Shown here piece by piece: positions 26,009 to 34,854 of a DNA stretch of 64,000 bases. Every line of letters begins with the position of its first letter. Position 1 is the stretch's first letter. Source of the stretch: Acidobacteriota bacterium (GTDB taxonomy: Bacteria; Acidobacteriota; Vicinamibacteria; Vicinamibacterales; UBA2999); assembly GCA_013140775.1 (NCBI GenBank), contig JABFSA010000085.1, positions 8,237 to 72,236 of the forward strand. Reading direction: 5' to 3'. The notes beneath the pieces were generated by a model, which saw only the letters and a program-made list of their open reading frames with translations, did no database searches and had not been told where the DNA came from. A program made the translations under genes and the position numbers.

Positions 26009-26695
26009 GTGAGCCCTATCCTCGTGAGGCCCGTTCGCGAGCAGCTCGAGCACGATCGGGTCATTCGGCTGCTCCAGGCGAAATACAAAAAGAAGTTCGA
26101 CGTGGCGATAAACCCTGGTACGTCTCTGACGACACCGGTGTTGATCGGCAACTCCCCCTGGTATCCGGACCTCGTGCTGCTCTCGGCCGATCGCGGCCGG
26201 AAGCCTCTCGGTACCGTCGAGGTCGAGACCGCGGAATCCGTCAATCATCTGGAAGCGATGTCACAGTGGGCGGCGTTCGCGCGCCTTCGAGCGCCGCTCC
26301 ATCTGTACGTTCCGGCCGCGAGCATCGACACGGCCAAGCGCCTGTGCACGGATCTGCAGATTCCGGTCGCGGAAATCTGGGCGTTCAGTTCGCTTGGCGA
26401 TCAGATGCGCTTCGCGCTCGTGCATCGCAACGCGAAGTCTCCTGAGCTCAAAGGCCGTGAGACTCCAGAGCGCGCGCCAAAGCCCGCCGAACGTGCACCC
26501 AAGCCGGCCCAGCGCGCGGCTTCTTCCGCCAAGGCGACGAACGGCCGGGCGGCGCCAAAAGCGAAGAAGGCGAGCGCCGTGGCGTCCGCCAAGTCTTCCG
26601 CTTCAAAGGGGAAACCAGCGGCGAAGAAGAGCAGCGCCAAAGCTGCCGCGCCGCGTCAGAAGGCGACCGCAGCAGCAAAGCGGAAGCGCAAGTAA
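26009..26695 (+). CDS. hypothetical protein: restriction-endonuclease-like (PD-(D/E)xK-type) N-domain plus histone-H1-like Lys/Ala/Pro-rich tail
   Basis: GTG start, 228 aa. The N-domain has EQLEHD, YPDLVLL and GTVEVETAES. The C-terminal ~80 aa are ERAPKPAERAPKPAQRAASSAKA...KAKKASAVASAKSSASKGKPAAKKSSAKAAAPRQKATAAAKRKRK. Confidence 0.7.
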   Translation: MSPILVRPVREQLEHDRVIRLLQAKYKKKFDVAINPGTSLTTPVLIGNSPWYPDLVLLSADRGRKPLGTVEVETAESVNHLEAMSQWAAFARLRAPLHLYVPAASIDTAKRLCTDLQIPVAEIWAFSSLGDQMRFALVHRNAKSPELKGRETPERAPKPAERAPKPAQRAASSAKATNGRAAPKAKKASAVASAKSSASKGKPAAKKSSAKAAAPRQKATAAAKRKRK

Positions 26696-26698
26696 CCC

Positions 26699-27427
26699 GT
26701 GCCTTTTCTGCGGGTGATCCGCGATAAGCGCGGATACGAGACCACCTATCTCATGGACTGGTACCGCGACGGTGCCCGTCAGCGATCGCGAATCCTGTAC
26801 GTCTTCCGGACACCAGGTGGCGTGCGCGTCGGTCGCGCTCCGCTCGAGCCCGACGTGCTCCGGCACATCGAATCCCACTATCCCGATATCGTCTTCGACT
26901 GGAAGGGCGTGCTCGATACGCGGCAGGTCATCGACTCCGCGCCCGAGCCGCGCCGGCCCCCTCGGCGCCGGACGGAAGAGGAAACGGTGGTTCCAGCACC
27001 GCCCGCGAAGGTTGAGGCTCCAGCGGCTCCTCAGAACGCTGCGCCAGCACGACCAGCCATTCCGGCAGTCATTGAAGGATCGACGTCCGACGAACGCGTA
27101 GCGTTTCTCCTGCACTGGTACCCGATGGCGCGCGAGCGCGTGACGCAGAAGGTCTCCGATCCCGTGCGGCGTGAAGCGCTGATGGCCCTCGCGGAACGAC
27201 TCAATCCCGCGTCGTGGACAGACGCCGACGAGGTTGCAACCGGTCTTCAGCAGGCTTCTGAAGCACTCGAGCGCCTCTCACGCGTCTTGACGCGCCGGCG
27301 ACGGCGCTCGGGCCGGAACCGTTCGGGAAGGACGGATGCCGTCTCGACGGACGCGGGTGGCGAGGCGCCGGTGTCGGAATCGGCCGCGACTATCGACCCG
27401 ACTGACCTGTCCCCGACGGACGAGTGA
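26699..27427 (+). CDS. hypothetical protein (structured N- and C-domains joined by a Pro-rich linker; Arg-rich C-terminal segment)
   Basis: GTG start 3 nt after the previous stop, 242 aa. No family recognised. Its stop overlaps the next gene's start. Confidence 0.65.
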   Translation: MPFLRVIRDKRGYETTYLMDWYRDGARQRSRILYVFRTPGGVRVGRAPLEPDVLRHIESHYPDIVFDWKGVLDTRQVIDSAPEPRRPPRRRTEEETVVPAPPAKVEAPAAPQNAAPARPAIPAVIEGSTSDERVAFLLHWYPMARERVTQKVSDPVRREALMALAERLNPASWTDADEVATGLQQASEALERLSRVLTRRRRRSGRNRSGRTDAVSTDAGGEAPVSESAATIDPTDLSPTDE

Positions 27428-28038
27428 TGGACTGGCTCGCGCCGGTCGTGCTCAAGGTCCTGTCTCTGGGCCCATGGGCGCCCGTCCTTTTTGTTCTGGT
27501 GTACATCCTCACAGCCGTCACGATGGCCCCGGCCTTCTTTCTGACCGTGGCGGGCGGCGCAGTGTTTGGCGTGGGGAAGGGCAGTGTGCTGGTGTTCATC
27601 GGTGCATCATTAGGTGCATCAGCCGTCTACGCCCTGGCGGCCCCGCTCGGGCGCACGCGATGGATGCAGCGAGTGACGGGCGACGAGCGCGTGACCGCGG
27701 TCAAGCACGCGGTGGTCGGCGGAGGCATTCGCATCATGTTCCTCCTCCGGCTTTCCCCGCTCGTTCCGTACAGCGTGCTCAACTACGCGCTGGCTCTGAG
27801 CGGGGTGCGCTATACGGACTTCCTCGTCGCACTGTTGGGAATGATCCCCGCGATCGTTCTCTATACCTACTACGGCAAGATTGTCGGGGACGTGGCGGCG
27901 CTTGCGGCGGGTGTGTCGCCCCCGCGGGGCCCGGAGTACTACGCGCTTCTCGTTCTCGGGCTCATCACGATGATCGTGTCGACCGTCATGATCACGCGAG
28001 CGGCCCGCCGGGAGATGGAGCGCCACCGGCGGACATAG
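27424..28038 (+). CDS. TVP38/TMEM64 (DedA-related) family membrane protein
   Basis: 204 aa, polytopic. The FLLRLSPLVPYSVLNYALALSGV segment is typical of the family. The start is GTG 27424 or ATG 27427 and overlaps the upstream TGA. Confidence 0.8.
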   Translation: MMDWLAPVVLKVLSLGPWAPVLFVLVYILTAVTMAPAFFLTVAGGAVFGVGKGSVLVFIGASLGASAVYALAAPLGRTRWMQRVTGDERVTAVKHAVVGGGIRIMFLLRLSPLVPYSVLNYALALSGVRYTDFLVALLGMIPAIVLYTYYGKIVGDVAALAAGVSPPRGPEYYALLVLGLITMIVSTVMITRAARREMERHRRT

Positions 28039-28057
28039 CTGCCAGGGGTTGGGGGAG

Positions 28058-28513
28058 TCAGGTTCGCGCGTAACGCGCTTCGATCGCGAGAATCTTGTTC
28101 AGTCGTCGCTGATGCCGCTCTTCCCCTGAAAACGAGGCACTCAAGAACGCGGTGGCAATTTCAGTGGCCAGGGCGATCCCAATCACCCGGGCTCCGAGGC
28201 ACAGGACGTTCATGTCGTCGTGCTCCACGGCCTGATGAGCTGTGTAGGTGTCGTGACAGACGGCTGCGCGAACCCCCGGGTGCTTGTTCGCGGCAATTGA
28301 CACGCCGGCCCCGCTCCCGCACACGATCAGGCCCCGGGCGGCGCGTCCTTCACGGATGGCTGCGGCAACAGCCTCGGCGCAGTCCGGGTAGTCGACGGCC
28401 GTCGTCGAGTGCGTGCCCAAGTCGTCAACCTCGTGGCCGAGTGCCCGCAGGACAGGAATAAGGTCCCGTTTCATCTCGAATCCCGCGTGATCGGCACCAA
28501 CCGCTATGCGCAT
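28058..28513 (-). CDS. rpiB: ribose-5-phosphate isomerase B
   Basis: ORF 28058..28690 trimmed to ATG 28513 ([15 protein letters not shown]...). Also has [13 protein letters not shown]. Confidence 0.9.
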   Translation of the reverse strand: MRIAVGADHAGFEMKRDLIPVLRALGHEVDDLGTHSTTAVDYPDCAEAVAAAIREGRAARGLIVCGSGAGVSIAANKHPGVRAAVCHDTYTAHQAVEHDDMNVLCLGARVIGIALATEIATAFLSASFSGEERHQRRLNKILAIEARYART

Positions 28514-28547
28514 GGCGTCTATTATGTGCCCTGATATACTCACCGAC

Positions 28548-29786
28548 ATGCGGACAGCCCCGAAATCTCTGGTATCGGCGGTCTTTGCCTGCTGTGCCGT
28601 TGTCGGGATGGCAGCCCAGGGGGCGCCGTCAGGACAGCCACAGCAACCGACGTTTCGCGTCGCCGTTGACCTTGTCACCACCGACGTCATCGTCCGTGAT
28701 GCCCGGGATCAGTTCGTGTCGGATCTCAAGGCCGATGAGTTCGAAGTGCTCGAGGATGGAGTACCTCAAACCCTCGTCTCGCTCGTGCTCACGCACGGAG
28801 GACGCGTGTTCAACGTGCAGTCGCCTCCGCCTGCCGCCGCCCCGGAAGGCATCATCCTTCCACCTGTCCGGCCCACGAACGACGCCGCGGGCCGTGTGTT
28901 TCTCATCTTCATCGACGATCTCCACCTCGACTTCCGCCTGACGCCGCGTACGAGGGACCTGATGCAGCGGATGCTGCGCAACCTGGTCCACGACGGCGAC
29001 ATGTTCGGGATTGTCTCGACTGGCACATCGTCCATCTCTGAGCAGCTGACCTACGATCGCCAGGTCCTCGAGGCCGCCGTCAGCAGGGTGACCGGCAGCG
29101 GTCTTCGGCCAGAGGATTTGATCAAGACTTCACAGGGAGCGCAGGGACCGGCAGAGCTCCGGTACCGGGCGCACGTCGCCTTCTCAACGGCCTACCAGTT
29201 GATGAAGAACCTCGAGGCGCTCCGCAATCGGCGGAAGGCTGTCATCTACATCAGCAGCGGCTACGACTTCAATCCGTTCGCGACGTCGCGGCTGAAGTAC
29301 CAAGCCGATCTCTCCGGAGTCAGCCCCGACGACCTCTCGGTCGATCCATTCAGCGGCGCGCGGCAAGGACAGCAGTTTGCGGAGTCCGACCTCGTCCGCG
29401 AGCTTGCCGAACTGACGCGTGCGGCCAATCGCGCGAACGCGACCCTCTACACGATTGATCCGCGCGGCCTCGTGGCAGGGCAGGACATCGGTGACGAACA
29501 GGTGGAGACCGCCGAGTGGCTCAACCACGTGCGTGAGACGCAGGACAGTCTCCGCGTCCTGGCTGAAGAAACCGGCGGCATCGCCGTCGTCAACCAGAAC
29601 GACTTCGACAAGGCGCTCAAGCGGATCGATGCAGAGACGAGCGACTACTACGTGCTGGGGTATTACTCGACCAACGCGGATCCGTTGAAGCGCACCCGGC
29701 GCATAGAAGTGAAGACCAAGAGAGACGGCGTCCAGGTGTGGTCACGCACCTCGTACTCGTTGCGTCCGGTCGCGGCGGCTCAGTAA
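28548..29786 (+). CDS. VWA-domain protein of the acidobacterial VWFA-related type (TIGR03436-like)
   Basis: ORF trimmed to ATG 28548 (a signal peptide follows). [39 protein letters not shown] is the typical family N-terminus. Confidence 0.8.
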   Translation: MRTAPKSLVSAVFACCAVVGMAAQGAPSGQPQQPTFRVAVDLVTTDVIVRDARDQFVSDLKADEFEVLEDGVPQTLVSLVLTHGGRVFNVQSPPPAAAPEGIILPPVRPTNDAAGRVFLIFIDDLHLDFRLTPRTRDLMQRMLRNLVHDGDMFGIVSTGTSSISEQLTYDRQVLEAAVSRVTGSGLRPEDLIKTSQGAQGPAELRYRAHVAFSTAYQLMKNLEALRNRRKAVIYISSGYDFNPFATSRLKYQADLSGVSPDDLSVDPFSGARQGQQFAESDLVRELAELTRAANRANATLYTIDPRGLVAGQDIGDEQVETAEWLNHVRETQDSLRVLAEETGGIAVVNQNDFDKALKRIDAETSDYYVLGYYSTNADPLKRTRRIEVKTKRDGVQVWSRTSYSLRPVAAAQ

Positions 29787-30700
29787 GTCCGCGGCGCTCG
29801 CGCCGCTTCATCGAAGGTGCCGCGAATCTGTTCGAACACCCGGATGACCTCTGCCACGGTCCGCGGCAGACGGCTCATCTTCGGGTAAATCCACCCGGTC
29901 TGCCGGCGTAGCGTGTGGCCCGCGATGCGCCGACAGAAAAGGGCCTCAGCCGCGACGTCTGCCGCGGCGGCCTGCCACGGGATGATGCTGATCCCCAACC
30001 CGTACCGCACCATCGCCTTGATGATCTCGACGTTCTCCGTCTCCATGACGACGTCCGGCTCGATGCGTTCCCGGGTGAAGAATTCGTCCACGAGACGACG
30101 CGTGACGGAGCCAGCCTCGAACAGGATGAAGGGTTCCTTGTCCAGATCCGCCGGGTGAATCTGGCGTTTCTTCGCGAGGGGATGCGCGGGATATGTGATG
30201 AGCAGCAATTCTTCCTGAAGCACCGGGACCGACACGAGGTCGGTGGCTTCGACCGGAAGTGTGACCAGCCCGAGGTCGGCTCCGCCCGATCGCAGCATGG
30301 CGACGGACCGGTCGGCACTGCCCACTGTGATTTTCAGATCCAGACTTGGGTGAGTGCGCCGCACCTCGGCGAGCAAGGCGGGGAAGACGTACAGGCATAC
30401 GGTCATCCCTCCCACCAGCCGCATGGTGCCGTTGAGGGACTCCTGTCGCTCACTGATGCCCGCGACGGTATCCTGCAAGTCCCTGAAGACGCGGTGGCTG
30501 AGCTGCAAAAGCGACTCACCAGCGGGGGTGATGCGAATTCGACGGCCGATTCGGTGAAAAACCGCTTCGCCCAGTTCCTCTTCGAGCAGCAGGATCTGGC
30601 GGCTGATGGCCGACTGGGATACGTGAAGCTTTTCGCCCGCCGCGGTGAAGGAACCCGTGTCGGCGATGGCCCGGATGATCTCGAGCTGTCTGAGGTCCAT
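29780..30700 (-). CDS. LysR-family transcriptional regulator
   Basis: ORF trimmed to ATG 30700 (MDLRQLEIIRAIADTGSFTAAGEKLHVSQSAISRQI, the LysR HTH). It also has a LysR substrate-binding-type C-domain. Confidence 0.9.
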   Translation of the reverse strand: MDLRQLEIIRAIADTGSFTAAGEKLHVSQSAISRQILLLEEELGEAVFHRIGRRIRITPAGESLLQLSHRVFRDLQDTVAGISERQESLNGTMRLVGGMTVCLYVFPALLAEVRRTHPSLDLKITVGSADRSVAMLRSGGADLGLVTLPVEATDLVSVPVLQEELLLITYPAHPLAKKRQIHPADLDKEPFILFEAGSVTRRLVDEFFTRERIEPDVVMETENVEIIKAMVRYGLGISIIPWQAAAADVAAEALFCRRIAGHTLRRQTGWIYPKMSRLPRTVAEVIRVFEQIRGTFDEAARAPRTY

Positions 30701-30758
30701 CGGCGGAGTATACATGCGCAATGCGCATGTATCCCACACCATCCATGCGCGTGAGGAG

Positions 30759-31643
30759 CTAGTCGCGCTCGGCGGCCGGGCCTGGTTCGAGTGCGGCCCT
30801 GGTCCGGTTCACAGACTCCTGCAGGTAGTCCGCGTCGATCTCCATACCCACGAAGCTCACGCCAACCCTGGCGCAGGCCACCGCCGTGGACCCAAGTCCA
30901 CAGAAGGGGTCGGCAGCCGTTCGGATCCGGTCGAGGCCATGGAGACGAAGGCACATCTCCGGAAGCCGCGGCGGGAAAGTCGCTGGATGTGGCCGTTCCT
31001 TTTCACGGCTCTGAATCGTCTCGTACGGAATGAACCAGGTATTGCCGCGGCATCGCAGCCCCGAGGAGGCCTTTCGCCAGCGGCCGATGTTGGAGCGATC
31101 CTGGTACTCGACTCCTACCGCCTGTCTATCTATGGGCGTCCGGCCCTCGGGTGTGAAGTGAAAGATGAACTCCTGGCAATCGTGCATGAATCTCGGGCTG
31201 TTGATGGGTTTGTAGTGCCCGACCGCGAGATCCCGCGTCAGTCCGGACCGGCTGCCGGCAAGGTCCTTTTCGATGGCTATCGACTTGATCCAGTGGATTG
31301 TGTTCTGCAGCCGCAGGTGCTGGCGGGCAGCCTGGGCCACGTCGATGGCCGTCCAGGGGTCGGCGGGCTTGGCCCCTACGTTCAGAAAGAGTGAGCCCTC
31401 CGGCGAAAGCGCCGCTGCTGCCCGTCGAATCCATTCCGAGGTCCAGGCGAGGTACGCGTCCCGTGGCATCGTGTCGTCGTACGACGCGTACCGAATACCC
31501 AGGTTGTACGGTGGGGAGGTGACGATGACGTCGAGGGACCCCTGCGGCAACTGGTCGAGCACGTCGAGGCAATCGCCCAGGAAGAAGCGGTAGGTGCGGT
31601 CGCCGGATGTGAGGGTCGTGTGCGGTTGGAGACGCGGGGGCAC
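30759..31643 (-). CDS. site-specific DNA methyltransferase, beta-class N4/N6 family (SPPY), apparently orphan
   Basis: 294 aa. Motif IV DVIVTSPPYN is N-terminal and motif I DPFCGLGSTAVA is C-terminal, which is the beta-class order. HPATFP precedes motif I. Confidence 0.85.
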   Translation of the reverse strand: MPPRLQPHTTLTSGDRTYRFFLGDCLDVLDQLPQGSLDVIVTSPPYNLGIRYASYDDTMPRDAYLAWTSEWIRRAAAALSPEGSLFLNVGAKPADPWTAIDVAQAARQHLRLQNTIHWIKSIAIEKDLAGSRSGLTRDLAVGHYKPINSPRFMHDCQEFIFHFTPEGRTPIDRQAVGVEYQDRSNIGRWRKASSGLRCRGNTWFIPYETIQSREKERPHPATFPPRLPEMCLRLHGLDRIRTAADPFCGLGSTAVACARVGVSFVGMEIDADYLQESVNRTRAALEPGPAAERD

Positions 31644-31687
31644 CGCGCAGATTGTACCGTGGAGTTGCCGGGCTTCCCGGCGGGTGG

Positions 31688-31894
31688 TCAGGAAGCCTTG
31701 AAGGCGAGGGCGGAGACGCGGGTAAAGGTGCGTTCGGGAGCGACCGCGTGATTGCTGCGGTGGCCGTGCAGCGAGCAGGTGGGACCCTTTTCTTCCACGT
31801 AGGTCACTTCCCGGCTGGTCGCCACTTCACGGTACTTGCCCGTGACGCACCCGCACGACAATGTTTGAAACCCAAGGAGCCGAACCAGGCTCAT
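31688..31894 (-). CDS. small Cys/His-rich protein, unknown function
   Basis: 68 aa. GGAGG sits 6 nt upstream of the ATG. It has CGC...C..HGH (LSCGCVTGKYREVATSREVTYVEEKGPTCSLHGHRSNH). It lies 44 nt upstream of the methyltransferase on the same strand. Confidence 0.6.
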   Translation of the reverse strand: MSLVRLLGFQTLSCGCVTGKYREVATSREVTYVEEKGPTCSLHGHRSNHAVAPERTFTRVSALAFKAS

Positions 31895-32101
31895 AACTGC
31901 CTCCGCTGAGCAGCGTTACAAACTCCGTACCACGACTACTCATCGGCGGATGCGTGCCGTCCCTTCAATGCCGATCGCAACTATCAGCAAATTCCGAGGA
32001 AAAAGTCTCGCGATGCGGCTACCACGTACGTCTCTTGTGATCCGTTATGTGTCACCGCGCGGACACGCGGTGTCTCACGCCAACACGATGGATTCCCGTC
32101 T

Positions 32102-32752
32102 TCAAGGAATCGGAGGAGATGAGCTCTGAGCGCGTTCGCGAGACTGAAGCGCTTTGAAGCTTTCGAGCTCGACGGCGCGCTGTCTCGTCGCGGCGAGCCG
32201 CGCCCGAACGATTCGAAACGCGAACGCCCCGTGGACCGCGACGACTGCGGCGAAGGCGGCCGGCAAAGCCAGGGACGGACGGGCGGCGAGCAGATTGAGA
32301 AGCCCCGTGCCCAGGAACAGTCCTGAAAACAGGGGATCGATGCCTCCGCCGGGAAGGGCCGGACCGACCATCATCGCGGTGCTTTCCCATCGGGGCCCGT
32401 TCAGGTCCTCCTCGTAGTACACCTGCAGATAGCGACCGATTCGTTCGGTGCCCACGTGCAGGGCGTGTACGGATTCAAAGCCCGCCACCAGCACGGCGAG
32501 AGATAACAGCGGCGCCACCACGCTGCCACCAGGGCCTTGATGAAAAACAGTGATCGCGGCCCATCCGAGGCAGCTCCCGGGAGCGACGAGCATCCGCGCC
32601 ATGCCCCTGTTGGCGATCGTCTGGCGGAGAGCCGCGTACTCGGTTGCGGATAGATCAGCGCGTTGCCCCTGCGCGATGTGTCGAGCGAAATCCACTTCGG
32701 ACCTCATGAGAGACTGTGCGGAATTGAGACAACCCGCGCGCAAAAACGTCAC
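32102..32752 (-). CDS. hypothetical integral membrane protein
   Basis: 216 aa with a soluble N-terminal ~45 aa, then about 4 TM segments. The start is GTG 32752 or ATG 32707. Confidence 0.6.
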   Translation of the reverse strand: MTFLRAGCLNSAQSLMRSEVDFARHIAQGQRADLSATEYAALRQTIANRGMARMLVAPGSCLGWAAITVFHQGPGGSVVAPLLSLAVLVAGFESVHALHVGTERIGRYLQVYYEEDLNGPRWESTAMMVGPALPGGGIDPLFSGLFLGTGLLNLLAARPSLALPAAFAAVVAVHGAFAFRIVRARLAATRQRAVELESFKALQSRERAQSSSPPIP

Positions 32753-32853
32753 CGCCGGAGCGCGGACGTGTCAAAAAGCCTTGCGGGCTACAGTGTGTTT
32801 GCTACAATGCCGAGACTTTCTCTAACAGTCTATCGTCCAATGGTTTGGCAGTA

Positions 32854-33921
32854 ATGAGCAACAGACGCTTCCTGAGAAACCTTGCGGCAGCCGTGCTTGG
32901 CCTGCTGGTCACGTGTGGCCTGAGCACCGCTGTTTCTGCGCAAACCACAGCGAAAACGCCTCAGAAGCGTCCCCAGGCTCGTGTCTCGAAACAGACAACT
33001 ACCGCAGCTCGACCGAAGGCGGTCGCTGCGGCAACGCGACGCCGGGCCGTGGCCCGAAGCCGTGCGGCCGCTGCGGCGCGGGCGCTGAAGGAAGCGCAGG
33101 AGCCACGGTTCAAGCTTGACGACTTCGGCGCGCTGGTGCCAGACCTCAGGGCCGAGGCCGCCATTATCTACGACCCTCTCACCGGTGAAGTGCTGTGGGA
33201 GGAAAACTCCCAGAATCTCCGTTCGATCGCCAGCATCACGAAAGTCATGACCGCCGTCGTGTTCCTGGAGGAGGCTCCGGACCTCTCCGAGCAAGTCGTG
33301 GTGCAGCGAGCCGACGTATACCGTGCGTCCACGACCTATCTCCGGGCCGGGTACAAGCTCACGACGGGCGACCTGCTGAACTTTCTCCTTATTGGTTCCG
33401 ACAACGCAGCCGCCCGGGTGCTCGCGCGCGTGTCTAAGCACGGTTCGGTGGGATTTATTGCGCGGATGAACGAGAAGGCTGCTGAACTCGGGCTGACTTC
33501 CACCAGCTACGCCGATCCGTCAGGGCTTCTCAACGACAACGTATCGTCCGCCTATGACATGGCGCGGCTCATTGCGATTGCCAGTGCGGACGAGCGGATC
33601 GGCACCGTGATGCAGAAAGCCAATTACAGCACCCTGATTGGCCGCCGGACGGTTCACGTCAACAGCACCAATCAGCTGGTGAAACAGGGCGATGTAGACG
33701 TGGTGGGCGGGAAGACCGGCTTCATCCGAAGGGCTGGCTACTGCCTGGCGACGCTATTGCGGCTGCCGCAGAGCGGCAAGCAGGTCGCGGTCGTGGTGCT
33801 CGGGGCGAAGTCCAACGCAGGACGGTTCTGGGAAACGCGTCACCTCTTCAACTGGCTCGCGGCAAAGGCGGGCGACCTGATCGGCACGCCGCTCGAAGCG
33901 GCAACCTCCGTCTCGAATTAG
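32854..33921 (+). CDS. D-alanyl-D-alanine carboxypeptidase (S11 penicillin-binding protein)
   Basis: Motifs are SxxK (SITK), SxN (SDN) and KTG (GGKTGF). A signal peptide is present. The start is ATG 32854 (ORF-track TTG 32845 is also possible). Confidence 0.9.
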   Translation: MSNRRFLRNLAAAVLGLLVTCGLSTAVSAQTTAKTPQKRPQARVSKQTTTAARPKAVAAATRRRAVARSRAAAAARALKEAQEPRFKLDDFGALVPDLRAEAAIIYDPLTGEVLWEENSQNLRSIASITKVMTAVVFLEEAPDLSEQVVVQRADVYRASTTYLRAGYKLTTGDLLNFLLIGSDNAAARVLARVSKHGSVGFIARMNEKAAELGLTSTSYADPSGLLNDNVSSAYDMARLIAIASADERIGTVMQKANYSTLIGRRTVHVNSTNQLVKQGDVDVVGGKTGFIRRAGYCLATLLRLPQSGKQVAVVVLGAKSNAGRFWETRHLFNWLAAKAGDLIGTPLEAATSVSN

Positions 33922-34799
33922 CTCGAATAACCTCGCTGTATCGCTGCCGCGTCCAGTGGCAGTGTCGCAATACTATCCACAACAGGCATGACTGGCCGGG
34001 GCGCGCGCCTGGCGTCGTACGCCTTCAGGTAGCGTGTGCACACGTCGCAGGCATACACGCGATACTGGCCATCCGTCGTGGCGAACGACGTGATCCGCGA
34101 TCGGTCGCTGTTCAAACAATAGGGACACGTCAGCGGCTCGAACTTCCACCGCAACGCACAGCGGCCGCAAATCAGGTGACGTTCAGCCGCGGGCGTGATC
34201 ACCGAGAAGTCAGGCTCTCCTCCGCAGAGCGGGCAATGCGCGTGTGTCCACCTGGACAGCTCGCTGCTCGGCTGCAGTACCTCGGCGCACCGCGCCAGGA
34301 ACGGACGCATGGCGAGCATGAAGACCTGGTCCAGAAGCGGACCGTCAGGATCCTTGTGCGGAGTGGCGGTATTTGAACCGCCTTCGCGAACGTCGGAACG
34401 CGCGCGGTACCACGCGCTCACGCGATCGACCAGACCTTCGTCTCGCCCCATCGCTTGAACGCGGTGGCAATCATCGCTTTCCAGGGCTCCGAAGCGGCGC
34501 ATGATGTCCGCCGTCTGCCGCACGATGAGACGCAGATCGGTGAGCGCGAGAGGGATGTCCTCGAACTTGAGGAGGGGCCGTGCCTCTGACTGATGTCTTG
34601 TGAAGATATCGACGGTCAGCGCGAACGATGGCAGAGGAATCCGGCCCTGCACCCGGCGCTGCATTTCGAGCAACTCGAGGTGCATGTCGATGGCGTCGGT
34701 GAGCTCCGGATGTCGTTCCCGAAGGGCACGCAGCTCGATGACTTCCCGGGTATCTGATCGACTGAGACGGGGGGTAGGTTCAGCCAATTCACTGATCAT
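33918..34799 (-). CDS. fdhE: FdhE-like protein (formate dehydrogenase accessory family)
   Basis: 293 aa with four CxxC pairs spaced as in FdhE: CPLCGG, CGRCALRW, CPYCLN and CDVCTRYLK. Confidence 0.8.
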   Translation of the reverse strand: MISELAEPTPRLSRSDTREVIELRALRERHPELTDAIDMHLELLEMQRRVQGRIPLPSFALTVDIFTRHQSEARPLLKFEDIPLALTDLRLIVRQTADIMRRFGALESDDCHRVQAMGRDEGLVDRVSAWYRARSDVREGGSNTATPHKDPDGPLLDQVFMLAMRPFLARCAEVLQPSSELSRWTHAHCPLCGGEPDFSVITPAAERHLICGRCALRWKFEPLTCPYCLNSDRSRITSFATTDGQYRVYACDVCTRYLKAYDARRAPRPVMPVVDSIATLPLDAAAIQRGYSS

Positions 34800-34854
34800 A
34801 CCGGTACTGCAAAGCGGATAAAGGGCGAGCCGATAGTGCTAAGGTTGTCGTGAC

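Noticed and set aside
26456-26695. Lys/Ala-rich region considered as a possible non-coding low-complexity repeat (antisense ORFs 26401..26640 and 26448..26678)
   Set aside because: The plus-strand frame is continuous with the structured N-domain and ends in a basic KRKRK terminus typical of H1-like tails. The antisense ORFs are compositional mirrors.
30759-32752. Possibility of a complete restriction-modification system around the SPPY methyltransferase
   Set aside because: No ORF in the flanks shows a nuclease, helicase or specificity-subunit signature. The neighbours are a LysR regulator, a 68-aa Cys/His protein and a membrane protein. It is therefore treated as an orphan MTase.
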